A stretch of 64,000 bases of DNA from Infirmifilum sp. (GCA_041287245.1 JBEULP010000108.1:1-64000); one strand, 5' to 3'; shown: positions 1 through 10,307, numbered from the stretch's first letter. The notes: generated by a model from the letters alone, not told the origin. Made by a program: numbers and translations.

Positions 1-1
1 G

Positions 2-619
2 TACTTAGCAGGTGGGGCTGTTAACAACGGGGGGATTGTAGTCGAGTGGTTTTTAAAAAGTCTGGGGAAAGTGGAAGCAGAGTACTCCAGTAATACAGGG
101 ATTAACCCATACAAACTTATTGATAGGATGGCCGCATCTTCACCTCCTGGGGCAAACGGACTTGTAGCTCTTCCATTCCTTTTAGGAGGCGAGCGATTCC
201 CTATACGTAATCCTGATGCTAAAGCATTATTCTATGGTGTCCAGTTTCGTCACAAGAACAATGATTTCTTGAGAGCTCTACTGGAAGGGGTGATCTTTAC
301 TCTAAAGAGCGTTTTTGATGCATTAAAGGAGAAGGGGCTCAACGCGAAGGCTGCTTACATTGGGGGTAGTGGAGCAACCATATCGACATGGCAACAAATA
401 ATAGCTGATGTCTTTGAACTACCAATCCTTAGGCAAGACGCCGTTGAAGCCACTCTGCTCGGCGATTATATAAGTTATTCAGAAGCGCACGGGCTTACAC
501 CTGAGCTCCCAGAGCCTAAAGTTGTGGCAACTCCTTCTGAAGCTAATATTCGAATTTACAAGGAAAACTACACATTATTCGAGAAACTAATAAAGCTATT
601 TTACACTAAGACGCCTTAA
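2..619 (+). CDS. FGGY-family carbohydrate kinase (gluconokinase/xylulokinase-like), C-terminal part, 5'-truncated by window edge
   Basis: Frame open from base 2 (YLAGGAVNNGG...); LPFLLGGERFP, RALLEGV, GGSGA..WQQIIADV match the FGGY C-terminal domain. Confidence 0.85.
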   Translation, partial: YLAGGAVNNGGIVVEWFLKSLGKVEAEYSSNTGINPYKLIDRMAASSPPGANGLVALPFLLGGERFPIRNPDAKALFYGVQFRHKNNDFLRALLEGVIFTLKSVFDALKEKGLNAKAAYIGGSGATISTWQQIIADVFELPILRQDAVEATLLGDYISYSEAHGLTPELPEPKVVATPSEANIRIYKENYTLFEKLIKLFYTKTP

Positions 620-781
620 AAATCTATGATAGATTTCCGCCCTTACTGAGCATTTTACGGTTCTTCCTTATCTTCTAAGGGGAGTTTTCCTAAAACTGTT
701 AGAGTGTAAATATTCAGCTTCTGGGGGCTATTAAATATCATGACTAAAGGAAAACTTTTATTTCGCTAGATGATATGACTT

Positions 782-1276
782 GTGGCAGTAACCCACATGG
801 GAAACTTACAGGATATAAGCCATTTCTTCAGGAGGCTTAAAGGGTCTAGGGTCGTGATAGTTGGGATGGGTAACGAGCTTCGCGGTGACGACGGGGTTGG
901 GGTGCTTGTGACAAAGGTTCTCGCAAGGCGTGGATTGAAGGAGAAGGTTGTCGAAGCTGGTAGCAATCCTGAACTTTTTGTCAGCAAGATTTTGTCTCTT
1001 AACCCTGAAGTTGTTGTGTTTGTTGATGCGGTGGACGGGGGGCTAGCTCCAGGGGAAGTCGTACTTGTAAGAATTACTGCAGGATCCTCAGATGTTACTG
1101 CTTTGAGTACCCACTCTATTCCCTTGCCAATTGTTGCTGAAATGATAGGGGTTCCATGCTACCTTCTAGGGATCCAGGTTGGTGCCGTGGATGTCGGAAG
1201 TTCGATAACGCCCAGGGTTAGAGAAGCTGGCTTACAACTGGCTGAACTTCTAGCCCGTGAGCTTAGAGAAGGCTAA
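782..1276 (+). CDS. hycI: Hydrogenase maturation endopeptidase (HycI-like)
   Basis: GMGNELRGDDGVG, FVDAVD, STHSIPL motifs; directly upstream of the hydrogenase operon; true start may be the internal ATG (MGNLQ). Confidence 0.9.
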   Translation: MAVTHMGNLQDISHFFRRLKGSRVVIVGMGNELRGDDGVGVLVTKVLARRGLKEKVVEAGSNPELFVSKILSLNPEVVVFVDAVDGGLAPGEVVLVRITAGSSDVTALSTHSIPLPIVAEMIGVPCYLLGIQVGAVDVGSSITPRVREAGLQLAELLARELREG

Positions 1277-1449
1277 TCAGAGCTAGCGCTATCGAGCGGT
1301 TAATATTTTAGCTTTGTTAAACCGGGGAATTGACTGCTTTGCATTAAGTAAAAAAGGTGTCGAAAAGTATTTGCTTAATTCCCACGTTGCCATTTACTAT
1401 TAATGGCTAATAGTAAAGAATTTTTATATGTTAAAAAAATAATATATAC

Positions 1450-1899
1450 TTGATCTTAATGGCAAGCAAGGCTCCTAAACCCATGAGGAAGAGCCTCTGG
1501 GTTTACCATTTTAACTCTGGGGGGTGTAACGGGTGCGACATCGAGTTTGTAGCTTCTCTCACACCACGTTATGACTTGGAGAGGTTTGGGGTTCAGCTTG
1601 TCCCCAGCCCCCGCCACGCCGACGTGCTTGTTGTTACAGGGCCCATTACCTCAACTGTGAAGGACTCCCTCAGGAAGATCTACGACCAGATTCCGCACCC
1701 GAAGCTTGTTATAGCCTTAGGTTCCTGCGCTTGTAGCGGAGGGATATTCTCAGAGTGTTATAATACCATTGGAGGTGCCGACCAGGTGATTCCTGTTGAC
1801 GTGAAGATTCCAGGTTGCCCGGCTAGGCCTAACCAGCTTGTAAGGGTTCTAGCGGAGCTGTATGGGGTGTATACACATGGGGAAGCTCGCCAAGATTGA
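1450..1899 (+). CDS. Group 4 [NiFe]-hydrogenase small subunit (NuoB/HycG-like)
   Basis: GGCNGCDIE, SPRHADVLVVTG, GSCACSGG, IPGCPARP. Confidence 0.92.
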   Translation: MILMASKAPKPMRKSLWVYHFNSGGCNGCDIEFVASLTPRYDLERFGVQLVPSPRHADVLVVTGPITSTVKDSLRKIYDQIPHPKLVIALGSCACSGGIFSECYNTIGGADQVIPVDVKIPGCPARPNQLVRVLAELYGVYTHGEARQD

Positions 1900-3487
1900 A
1901 GTCTCCCCGGAGAATCTTATAAGCACTATTAAAGAGTATTCTGAGAAGGGTTTCAGCCACCTAATAACTGTGACTTGCGTCGACCACTCTGGAAGGCTCG
2001 AGCTGATATACCATCTTTCAAGCCTTGACGGCCAAATATGCCACCTCTCAATAAAAGATTTGCCTTACACTCCGCAGGTTCCCTCCATAGCCTCCCTTAT
2101 GCCCGTGGCAAACTTCTATGAGCGGGAAGTCCATGATCTCTTCGGAGTGTATTTCAAAGGCAATGAGGACATGGACAAAAAGCTCCTGCTTCCCGAGTGT
2201 TACCCAAACGATATGCCTCCACCTCTCCTCAAAAGCACGGATCAGTCCAAAATACAACAATATCTTAAAACGGCGGCATGCGAATCAGCCCCTCCAATCC
2301 GTCTTGAGGCGCCGCTATCCCCGGAGAGCATCACAGTTCCATTCGGGCCTTATCACCCCGCGCTGAAGGAGCCAGAGCACATAAGCCTCGTCGTAGAAGG
2401 TGAAAGGATTAAAAAGGCTTTTCTCAGGATAGGGTATGTCCACAGAGGTATTGAAAAAGCCGCTGAGTCCCGGTCATTCCTGCGCGACGTCTTTCTTTTT
2501 GAGAGGGTATGCGGTATATGTAGCACGCACCACGCGTGGACATTCGTGGAGGCTGTGGAGTCACTCCTAGGCACCCAGCCGCCCCCCAGGGCGGTTTACC
2601 TGAGGACGATTGTAGCCGAGCTGGAGCGTATTCACTCTCATGCTCTCTGGATCGGCTTGGTAGGCTACTGGATGGGGTTTGAGTCAATGTTCATGTGGGT
2701 ATGGGGCTTGCGTGAGAAGGTTATGGACATGCTGGAGGAGGCCACTGGAAACAGGGTTCACAAATCCTTCATTACCATAGGGGGTGTAAGAAGGGATATT
2801 CCCGATGAGAAGCTTAAGAACTTTGTAAACAGGTTAGTGGAGGTTAGAAGGAGTATTTCCTCGCTAGTGGAGGAAATATTAGCCAATGAGAACTTTATTT
2901 CACGGACGAGGGGGGTGGGCAGGTATAACCTTGAGAAAGCCAGGCTTTTCTCAACTGTTGGTCCTGTGAGGAGAGCTGCAGGTGACCCGTATGATATTAG
3001 GAGGATTGAACCTTACGGCGCCTACGGTGAGGTCGATATTCCAGTTGCCCTGGCTCGAGAGGGCGACGTTTACAACCTCGTCCGAGTGAGGCTTGAAGAA
3101 CTCTTAACATCCATTGATATTATTTCGCAGCTGGTTGAGAAAATCCCGTCTGGGAACCCTGTGCCCCAGAGGTACTTCATGGGCACTGTCCCCGGGGGAG
3201 AAGCCTATGCGAGGACAGAGGCGCCGCGCGGAGAGCTTTTCTACTATGTGAAGGCGGATGGGAAGCACAACCCCTACAGGGTTAAAGTGAGGACTCCTAC
3301 TCTACCCAATATACAGCTGGCGGCGTCGCTCCTCGAGGGAGCACTCCTCTCCGACCTCCCCCTAATAGTTACAAGCATCGACCCCTGTTTCAGCTGTATG
3401 GATAGGTTAACAGTTTTGAAGGAAGGGAGGCATATCTCCCTAACCTTAGAGGATCTTTCCAGGCTAGCTAGAGGTGGTGGAAAGTGA
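1877..3487 (+). CDS. Group 4 [NiFe]-hydrogenase large subunit with fused NuoC-like N-terminal domain (HycE-like)
   Basis: YEREVHDLFG (NuoC-like); GPYHPALKEP; Ni-binding ERVCGIC and DPCFSCMDR with C-terminal extension; ATG 1877 follows GGGGTG RBS. Confidence 0.92.
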   Translation: MGKLAKIEVSPENLISTIKEYSEKGFSHLITVTCVDHSGRLELIYHLSSLDGQICHLSIKDLPYTPQVPSIASLMPVANFYEREVHDLFGVYFKGNEDMDKKLLLPECYPNDMPPPLLKSTDQSKIQQYLKTAACESAPPIRLEAPLSPESITVPFGPYHPALKEPEHISLVVEGERIKKAFLRIGYVHRGIEKAAESRSFLRDVFLFERVCGICSTHHAWTFVEAVESLLGTQPPPRAVYLRTIVAELERIHSHALWIGLVGYWMGFESMFMWVWGLREKVMDMLEEATGNRVHKSFITIGGVRRDIPDEKLKNFVNRLVEVRRSISSLVEEILANENFISRTRGVGRYNLEKARLFSTVGPVRRAAGDPYDIRRIEPYGAYGEVDIPVALAREGDVYNLVRVRLEELLTSIDIISQLVEKIPSGNPVPQRYFMGTVPGGEAYARTEAPRGELFYYVKADGKHNPYRVKVRTPTLPNIQLAASLLEGALLSDLPLIVTSIDPCFSCMDRLTVLKEGRHISLTLEDLSRLARGGGK

Positions 3488-4176
3488 GGACGTATTTAAA
3501 AGCTGTGCTGTTAGGCGTAAAGGAGGCTTTTAAGGAGAGGTTAACAGAGCCTATAGCCACAGTTACTGATAACGGCTATTCGCGCGGGGTTCCAAGGTTA
3601 GACAGGAGTAAATGCCTAGGCTGCGGGCTCTGTGCACGAAGCTGCCCCCCAAACGCGATTAAAATGGAGCCAGCCGGTAAGAGAGTAGTCGGCGGGAGGG
3701 AGGTCACCAAGCAAGAGCCCCGGTTTGACTACTTCCGCTGCATCTATTGCGGACAATGCGCAGACGTTTGCCCGGCTAAGGCTATTACTCTCGAGCGGAA
3801 GAGCCCCCTTGACGCTATAAAAACTGCTTCTCCAAGCTTTTTCATACTAGCTTTGCCCTGCCAGATCACAGATTTCCTCATAATCCTCCTGGTAGTAGCG
3901 CTTGTCTATTGGCTTGCAGGAAGATTTTCGGCGAGAGGGCGGCACGAAGCATTCGCGAGCGAGCCATTCTCAGGCGGGGTCCCCCTCAATACCTCGAGCC
4001 ACAGGTATCACGCTTTGAACCTTATGGCTTTCGTCATCTTCCTAGTCTTAATCGAGTCCCTCAGCTTTCTATACCTCTTTGGAGGAGGATCCCCCAAGAT
4101 TATCGTGGTTCTACTCCTCACAGCCTTGGTGATCTACCTACAAGGAATCCTTCTAATAAGGGGGTGGGCTAGATGA
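3484..4176 (+). CDS. 2x[4Fe-4S] subunit (NuoI-like) fused to a 3-TM NuoA-like domain
   Basis: CLGCGLCARSCP and CIYCGQCADVCP, then TM helix, SEPFSGG loop and two further TM helices (FVIFLVLIES) in the same frame. Confidence 0.75.
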   Translation: MRTYLKAVLLGVKEAFKERLTEPIATVTDNGYSRGVPRLDRSKCLGCGLCARSCPPNAIKMEPAGKRVVGGREVTKQEPRFDYFRCIYCGQCADVCPAKAITLERKSPLDAIKTASPSFFILALPCQITDFLIILLVVALVYWLAGRFSARGRHEAFASEPFSGGVPLNTSSHRYHALNLMAFVIFLVLIESLSFLYLFGGGSPKIIVVLLLTALVIYLQGILLIRGWAR

Positions 4177-5138
4177 TGGACCTGCTATACCCCCTCGTTT
4201 TTCCAGGAATAGTGTTCACGGCAGCAATGGCTTTCTGGTTTGAGTACATCGAGAGGAAGGTAACTGCCCGCGTTCAACGCCGCGTAGGTCCCCAGTTTAC
4301 CGGACCCGCGGGACTCTTCCAGCCCCTCTATGACTTTCTAAAACTTCTCGGAAAGGAGGAGTTGCTAAACCAGGGGGGCGACAAGGTAGCTCTGCGGGTA
4401 GCACCTGTTCTAGCCGTAACATTTCCGATCTACGGCATGCTGTTCATCCCCATAGTTTCTGAGAAGCCGCCCCTTGGGTTTGATGGTGATCTTCTCCTCA
4501 TAATCCTCCTGTTAGCATTCTCAGCACTATCCACCGTCCTAGTGGGATATGCAGCCCTCAGCCCCTACACGCTAATCGGAGTGGGAAGGTTCGTCACACA
4601 ATACGCGATGTACGAGGCTATATTCATGCTGTGTATCGTCTCAGCAGCCCTACAAGCCTCCACTCTCAACATGCAGGGACTCTTAGCCTACCAGGCGAAG
4701 AACGGGTGGCTAGCCATATACCAGCCCCTGGGCTTTACAGCTGCAACTATCTCACTCCTTGCAAAACTTGAGAAAAGGCCATTCGACCTCCCACACGCTA
4801 AGCAGGAAGTTGTTGCCGGCTGGCTGACAGAGCTCAGCGGCAGGAACCTCGCATACATGAGGCTCTACGAGGACCTAAGCATGACGTGGGGAATCGCGCT
4901 CTTAGCAGCCGTCTATCTCGGCGGACCCATGGGGCCAGGCTTTCCCCTCCTAGGTCCTCTAGCAGGTTTCCTGTGGTTTGGCTTGAAAACACTTCTCATG
5001 AGCGTGCTAATTTCCCTGATAAGTGCCTCTGCAGCAAGGGTTCGCGTATATGGACTCGTTCAAACCTTCTGGGAGATAGTCTTCCCTCTTGTCATCCTTC
5101 AGGTTGGTCTTGCCTGGGTATTAAGGTGGTTGTTATGA
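4173..5138 (+). CDS. Membrane anchor subunit (NuoH/HycD-like)
   Basis: ERKVTARVQRRVGP, QPLYDFLKLLGKE, RPFDLP..KQEVVAGW. Confidence 0.92.
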   Translation: MMDLLYPLVFPGIVFTAAMAFWFEYIERKVTARVQRRVGPQFTGPAGLFQPLYDFLKLLGKEELLNQGGDKVALRVAPVLAVTFPIYGMLFIPIVSEKPPLGFDGDLLLIILLLAFSALSTVLVGYAALSPYTLIGVGRFVTQYAMYEAIFMLCIVSAALQASTLNMQGLLAYQAKNGWLAIYQPLGFTAATISLLAKLEKRPFDLPHAKQEVVAGWLTELSGRNLAYMRLYEDLSMTWGIALLAAVYLGGPMGPGFPLLGPLAGFLWFGLKTLLMSVLISLISASAARVRVYGLVQTFWEIVFPLVILQVGLAWVLRWLL

Positions 5139-5566
5139 TATGGCTTGTCGTAATAGTTGGCGTATCGCTCGTCCTAGCGGCTCTCTTTGCGTCACGCGTG
5201 TCCTTATCTCTCCTACTGATGTCCCTAGGTAGTGCAGTCTTAAGCCTGGCTATAGCAGCCCTAGCCGGCCCTCTAAGCGGCATCCTAGTAGCAGCGCTCT
5301 ACGCTGGTGCACTCATAGCACTAATGGCGGTGTGGCTTGTGCTGGCGGGATCGGAGCAAGCTAGGCGCGACGCAGTCTACTGGGTTGCTATAGCTTTCCT
5401 TTTGCTAGCCCTCCCAGCCGGTCTTTTAATCATCACAATGAGTGGGACGCAACAAGTCATAGTTGTCAACCGGGGGCTATCTACCGAGGACGTCATGCTT
5501 CTCGCGGTTATTCTTATGGTCGCTTCTGGAGGCGTCCCCTATGTACTAGGGGGTGATAAAGAATGA
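5135..5566 (+). CDS. Small membrane subunit (NuoJ-like)
   Basis: About 5 hydrophobic helices with LYAGALIAL motif; ATGA overlap with upstream stop and AAGGTGG RBS support ATG 5135. Confidence 0.7.
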   Translation: MIWLVVIVGVSLVLAALFASRVSLSLLLMSLGSAVLSLAIAALAGPLSGILVAALYAGALIALMAVWLVLAGSEQARRDAVYWVAIAFLLLALPAGLLIITMSGTQQVIVVNRGLSTEDVMLLAVILMVASGGVPYVLGGDKE

Positions 5567-5850
5567 TAGATGTTTTGGTTGTCCTGGGAGGAGCACTGGT
5601 CCTGGTGCTAGCAGGTATAGCTGTGGTGGTAGCTACAAGGAATCTTCTAAAGGTAGTGATGGGAATCCAATCAATTATCCTCGGAGGCCTGCTAATCCTA
5701 TCGGTCGTTGCACAGGGAGAGGCTGGGATTATACTAGTCCCCGCTATTGCCGCAGCAGCCTCCGAGGCTGTGGGGATGGCGGTTCTAGCCTTCATTTGGG
5801 AAAAACACAGGAAAATCAATCCACATGAGATATCCGAGCTAAGGTGGTAA
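5563..5850 (+). CDS. NuoK/MnhC-like membrane subunit
   Basis: RNLLKVVMG, IAAAASEAVGMA, EISELRW. Confidence 0.8.
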   Translation: MIDVLVVLGGALVLVLAGIAVVVATRNLLKVVMGIQSIILGGLLILSVVAQGEAGIILVPAIAAAASEAVGMAVLAFIWEKHRKINPHEISELRW

Positions 5851-7514
5851 GCATGTATGCCGGTTTAATCCCATTTCTGCTTTTCGCAACCAGTCTTCTC
5901 ATTCTACTCCTGGGAAGAGCATCGAGAAGGCTCTGCGAGTTGCTCGCAGTAATAGCTACCGGAGGGTCAGCCGCCCTGTCTCTATACCTCCTTGTGGAAC
6001 CTGAACCCACGGCAACAGGCCCCCTCGCAGTGCTAACCGACCCGCTCTCAAGGTTTATGCTTGCTGTCGTTAACGGGCTAGGCTTCCTAATTGTCGTCTA
6101 CAGCGTCGGCTACATGTCCGGCGAGAAGAGTTTTGTCCGCTACTATTTCTTCATACTCTTATTCATAGGGGCTATGTCCGGGCTAGTACTCTCAGAGGAC
6201 CTTGTCTACCTATACCTGTTCTGGGAGCTCGTAGGCGTGTGCAGCGCGATGCTGATCAGCTTCTGGTGGGAGAAGCCAGAGGCTCGGAGAGCAGGTCTCA
6301 AGGCCTTTGCCGTGACGCGTGTAGGTGACATAGGCTTTCTCCTTGCAATTGCTCTCGCCATCCATAGCCTGGGAACAACAAGAATACCATATGTTCTCGC
6401 AGGGCTAAATAAGGATCCTTCCCTGGCAAGCATCACAGGTTTATTGCTTGTTATTGCAGCCACCGGTAAGTCGGCACAGCTCCCACTAATGGTGTGGCTG
6501 CCGGACGCGATGGAGGGCCCCACTTCCGTCAGCGCCCTTATACACGCGGCAACAATGGTTAAGGCAGGAGTTTACCTTGTATCAAGGTTCTACCCAGCTT
6601 TAACACATGACACGCTTACCACGCTTTTCTGGATCGCCCTCGCAACCTCCCTCATCTCCGCCGTCTCCGCCCTCGCCTCGCAAGACCTAAAAAGAGTCCT
6701 AGCCTTCAGCACCATAAACCATCTAGCCCTAATGTTTCTAGCCCTCGGCGCGGGGGCTTGGGCCTCTGCACAGCTGCACCTCCTCTCACACTCACTTTTC
6801 AAGGCCCTACTCTTCCTCTGCGCCGGGCTCATTGCACACGAAACTGGGACTCGTAATCTTGACGAGATTGGAGGACTATGGAAGGGGGGCATGCGCCTTA
6901 CTGCTACGGCTTTTCTCATAGGGGCCCTCAGCCTAGCAGGGGTACCTCCTTTCCCCGGCTATTTCACCAAGGAAGCTGTGCTCGCCTCCTTCGAAAAAGT
7001 TCTCGGGTCCGAGGGGCACCTTTTCGCCTTCGTTTTAAGCTTTCTCTCCACAGCCTACATCTTCAGGCTTTTCCTACGGCTTTTCCTTGGAGCTCCAAAA
7101 GAGAGGTATGAGGAGCGAAACCTATGGATGATCACCCCCATCCTAGTATTAGCCTCGTTAACGTGCATAGGTTTTGTTCTACTGGAGGCTGCTTCTTCTA
7201 TCCTTGGCGTAGAGCTGCCAGAGGTTCACGTGGATTGGTATGCCGTCTCCGGGTTGGCGGCTGGGCTGGCTTTGGCGCTCGGCGTATGGGGTGTTGGGCT
7301 TGTCTCGGGTTTTAGGAGGGCTCTCTACGGTTTCGCTCGGGTCGCGGACGGGATGTTCTACCTCGATGACCTTTACACGTGGGTGGCTAGGAAGGTCGCG
7401 TATAACGCTTCAACAGTTACAACGAGATTGCAGCAGGGCAACCCCGCTTACTACACGTTATGGCTATTCGGATTCGTCATCTTATTGTTCATCATAGTCC
7501 TAGCGGTGACGTAA
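5844..7514 (+). CDS. Antiporter-like subunit (NuoL/MrpA-like)
   Basis: FWELVGVCS, TRVGD, GKSAQLPLMVWLPDAMEGPTSVSALIHAATMVKAG. Confidence 0.92.
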   Translation: MVSMYAGLIPFLLFATSLLILLLGRASRRLCELLAVIATGGSAALSLYLLVEPEPTATGPLAVLTDPLSRFMLAVVNGLGFLIVVYSVGYMSGEKSFVRYYFFILLFIGAMSGLVLSEDLVYLYLFWELVGVCSAMLISFWWEKPEARRAGLKAFAVTRVGDIGFLLAIALAIHSLGTTRIPYVLAGLNKDPSLASITGLLLVIAATGKSAQLPLMVWLPDAMEGPTSVSALIHAATMVKAGVYLVSRFYPALTHDTLTTLFWIALATSLISAVSALASQDLKRVLAFSTINHLALMFLALGAGAWASAQLHLLSHSLFKALLFLCAGLIAHETGTRNLDEIGGLWKGGMRLTATAFLIGALSLAGVPPFPGYFTKEAVLASFEKVLGSEGHLFAFVLSFLSTAYIFRLFLRLFLGAPKERYEERNLWMITPILVLASLTCIGFVLLEAASSILGVELPEVHVDWYAVSGLAAGLALALGVWGVGLVSGFRRALYGFARVADGMFYLDDLYTWVARKVAYNASTVTTRLQQGNPAYYTLWLFGFVILLFIIVLAVT

Positions 7515-7515
7515 G

Positions 7516-8823
7516 ATGTGGTTGGGAGTCGAGGAATATTACCTTTCCACGCTTCTTGCGGGAGTAGCAGTGCTAACAACTCTCAGGCTGTTTCCAAAAG
7601 CCGCGGGGAGGCAAGCATCCACAGCCCTTTCACTGGCATTCATGGGAGCCCTACTCTTTTTCTCCTGTAAAGCCTCGGGGCTACCCGGCCTCGTCGGCAT
7701 TGTAGCATTCCCAGTGGGAGCCGCAGCCGTGCTCTCAGCCCACGAACTATTACACGAAGACAAGCCCCTGCATGACGCGCTAACACTGGCCCTAGCGGGC
7801 TCACTACCGCTCCTAGCAGGTTCAACAGACCTGATCAGGATATTCGTAGCTTGGGAGCTGATGAGCATATGCGTTCTTCTCCTCGTCGGCTTGCACCGCG
7901 AGAGGGAAAGCGCTGAAGCCGTCTTGAAATACCTCATGCTCTGTGGAGTAGGTACTGCTGTAGCCTTAACGGGTATCGCCTTAGCGGTTTTTGAGACAGG
8001 ATCAGTCGGCATTGAAAGCATTGCGAAAGCCAGCATCCTGTCCAAGGCTTTGATGCTCGTGGGCTTTTCCACGGAGGCCGCTGTTTTTCCGCTACACTTC
8101 TGGCTACCCGATGCCCACATGGTAGCGCCCAGCACTGCAAGCGCTATGCTCTCTGGAATAGTGATAGAGTCAGCGGCAGTACTAGTCTACCGATTAGCTG
8201 GAAGCGACCCAGTGCTGTCTCAACTCCTACTTTACCTGTCAATTGCTGGAGCGTTCATTGGGAATCTATCTGCGCTGGCTCAGGACGATATAAAGAGGAT
8301 GCTCGCCTACAGCAGCATAGCAAACGTGAGCTACATTATCATGGGGCTCTTCTCAGGAGACGCTACAGCGAAAGCCTATGCACTCCTCCATATCGCAGCG
8401 CACGGTTATCTAAAAGCAGCCCTCTTCATACTATCCGGGGTTCTCCTAGCTAACTATGGAACTAGGAAGCTATCACAGCTTACAGGCTCCCTTTCCAGTG
8501 ACAACATCTTAAAGTTCATACTTGTAGGGTGTAGCATAGGACTTATGGGAGCTCCTCCCCTCCTCCCATTCTGGACCGAGTTGTACATAGCTGTCGGATT
8601 GTTCAATGTGAACATACTGCTCCCCTTGTTTTTCGCTATCTGCGTCATTCTCTCATTCGGCTACTATTTCAGACTCTTTTACTCTTTATCGCAAGGCGCA
8701 CCTAAACTTTCTACTCAAGCTCATGGAGGTTATCTTCTCACAAAGATATCGGTGGTTCTACTCCTACTTCAAAACTTCTTGCTGTTTCTATTTCCTTCCT
8801 TGCTAATCGGATGGCTAACATAA
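7516..8823 (+). CDS. Antiporter-like subunit (NuoM/N, MrpD-like)
   Basis: FVAWELMS, PLHFWLPDAH..APS..SAMLSG, KRMLAYSS, HGYLKAALF. Confidence 0.88.
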   Translation: MWLGVEEYYLSTLLAGVAVLTTLRLFPKAAGRQASTALSLAFMGALLFFSCKASGLPGLVGIVAFPVGAAAVLSAHELLHEDKPLHDALTLALAGSLPLLAGSTDLIRIFVAWELMSICVLLLVGLHRERESAEAVLKYLMLCGVGTAVALTGIALAVFETGSVGIESIAKASILSKALMLVGFSTEAAVFPLHFWLPDAHMVAPSTASAMLSGIVIESAAVLVYRLAGSDPVLSQLLLYLSIAGAFIGNLSALAQDDIKRMLAYSSIANVSYIIMGLFSGDATAKAYALLHIAAHGYLKAALFILSGVLLANYGTRKLSQLTGSLSSDNILKFILVGCSIGLMGAPPLLPFWTELYIAVGLFNVNILLPLFFAICVILSFGYYFRLFYSLSQGAPKLSTQAHGGYLLTKISVVLLLLQNFLLFLFPSLLIGWLT

Positions 8824-9066
8824 GACACAGGATAAACACCCGCAGTTTTTGGTTGTAAAATAGGAAGCCTTTTCAGGGGCAATTTTCACGTTCCCTAATT
8901 CTGCTCGCGACACTGAAAAGAGGGCGTTGTACAAAGAGGTTATCATTAAAAACCGGGGAGCTAACCTTTCGTGTCTCGTGGAATGAGAAGTTAGAAGCAT
9001 AATAAGTTATTCCCTACTAATACCTTTAAAGTTAAGCCGTAAAATTGTTTTATTCTTTAGAATTTC

Positions 9067-9525
9067 CTAAGTGATGACCAGTCTGTACTGCTTCAGTACT
9101 GTGTAGTCTTCGTTGAAGCGAAAATGTCCTTCAACCTTTCTCCCTGCAAGAACATGGGGTAGCCAGTGCCTATCGTCTTCCCACATCTCCTCGAAAGGAA
9201 GCGACTTAATGTTAAACCACATGGGCGTGGCTTCCCGCGTTTCAACGGGCGTTCCCTGAAAGTGGAACGTAACGTAAATTTCGACGATCCATGTGGGGTT
9301 TGAGTCGGCTGTGTAGAAGTAGAGAGTCCCGGTGTGAATCAAATCATAAACTCGTATCCCGACTTCTTCGAAAACCTCTCTAGCAGCTGCCTCCTCTGGG
9401 TTTTCACCATACTCGATTTTACCACCCACGCCGTTAATCTTGCCTGCCCCAAAACCCTCCTTTTTCCTTATTAGCAGAATTCTTCCCTCGTTTATAACAA
9501 AGGTTAAAGTTGCTTTTACTGCCAT
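9067..9525 (-). CDS. NUDIX hydrolase, 8-oxo-dGTPase (MutT/MTH1-like)
   Basis: KKEGFGAGKINGVGGKIEYGENPEEAAAREVFEEVG Nudix box; MWEDDRHWLP. Confidence 0.88.
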   Translation of the reverse strand: MAVKATLTFVINEGRILLIRKKEGFGAGKINGVGGKIEYGENPEEAAAREVFEEVGIRVYDLIHTGTLYFYTADSNPTWIVEIYVTFHFQGTPVETREATPMWFNIKSLPFEEMWEDDRHWLPHVLAGRKVEGHFRFNEDYTVLKQYRLVIT

Positions 9526-9620
9526 TTTCGATCCATCAGAGAATAACCGGTCCCCCACCTAAATGTCCTACTCCTCCCAGAAAATTTTATAAGGTAAGAA
9601 GATGTTTCAGACGTGGGCTC

Positions 9621-10307
9621 TTGCCCGGGAAACTCGTAAACTTTGGAGAACGTAAGCAATCGTGGGTTATACTTGCCCTAGACTTCCCAAAGTATAAAGA
9701 CTTCCTATCCGAGACATATAGACTTCTAGAAAAGCTTTCTAACATGCTTGCAGGCGTAAAAATAGGCCTCCCAGCATTCCTGAGGGTAGGACCCGAGGAG
9801 ATTGGAGAATTAGCACAAGCTTTTAAAGGAGAGCTGTACTTCCTAGCTGACCTCAAGCTCGCAGACATAGAAGACGTCACCCTGGAAGAGATAATGTTGA
9901 TTGAGAGCATGGGCTTTGACGGCGCCATCATCCACCTCTTCCCGCAGTGTATATCCAAACCCCCGAGGACAGATATCGACCTGTATGGACTTGTATCAAT
10001 GAGTTGTCGGGCGAGCCTGATAGACCACCATTTCCAGGATCTCCTAGACTATGCGGGGAGCCTGCGCTTGACAGGCGTCGTTGTGGGGGCTACGAAGCCT
10101 GATATGATCAAGCGTGCTAGGGAGAGGCTTGGAGAAGCCTTGATACTCTCTCCAGGCATAGGTTTTCAAGGAGCGGCTCCGGGTTCCGCACTAAAGGCTG
10201 GCGCCGACTTCGAGATCGTCGGGAGGTCTGTGGTCTTCTCCCAAGACCCCCTAGGAGAGCTTAGTAGGATTGTGGAAAGTCAAAGGGTGGTTAAGCGTGG
10301 CAATTGA
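9621..10307 (+). CDS. pyrF: Orotidine-5'-phosphate decarboxylase
   Basis: ILALD, GVKIG, DLKLADI, SPGIGFQG, IVGRS; start uncertain (TTG 9621 chosen). Confidence 0.88.
   Translation: MPGKLVNFGERKQSWVILALDFPKYKDFLSETYRLLEKLSNMLAGVKIGLPAFLRVGPEEIGELAQAFKGELYFLADLKLADIEDVTLEEIMLIESMGFDGAIIHLFPQCISKPPRTDIDLYGLVSMSCRASLIDHHFQDLLDYAGSLRLTGVVVGATKPDMIKRARERLGEALILSPGIGFQGAAPGSALKAGADFEIVGRSVVFSQDPLGELSRIVESQRVVKRGN

Noticed and set aside
4886..5134. N-terminal 83 codons of the 226-aa ORF 4886-5566
   Set aside because: Overlaps the NuoH-like gene; ATG 5135 has an RBS and an ATGA overlap
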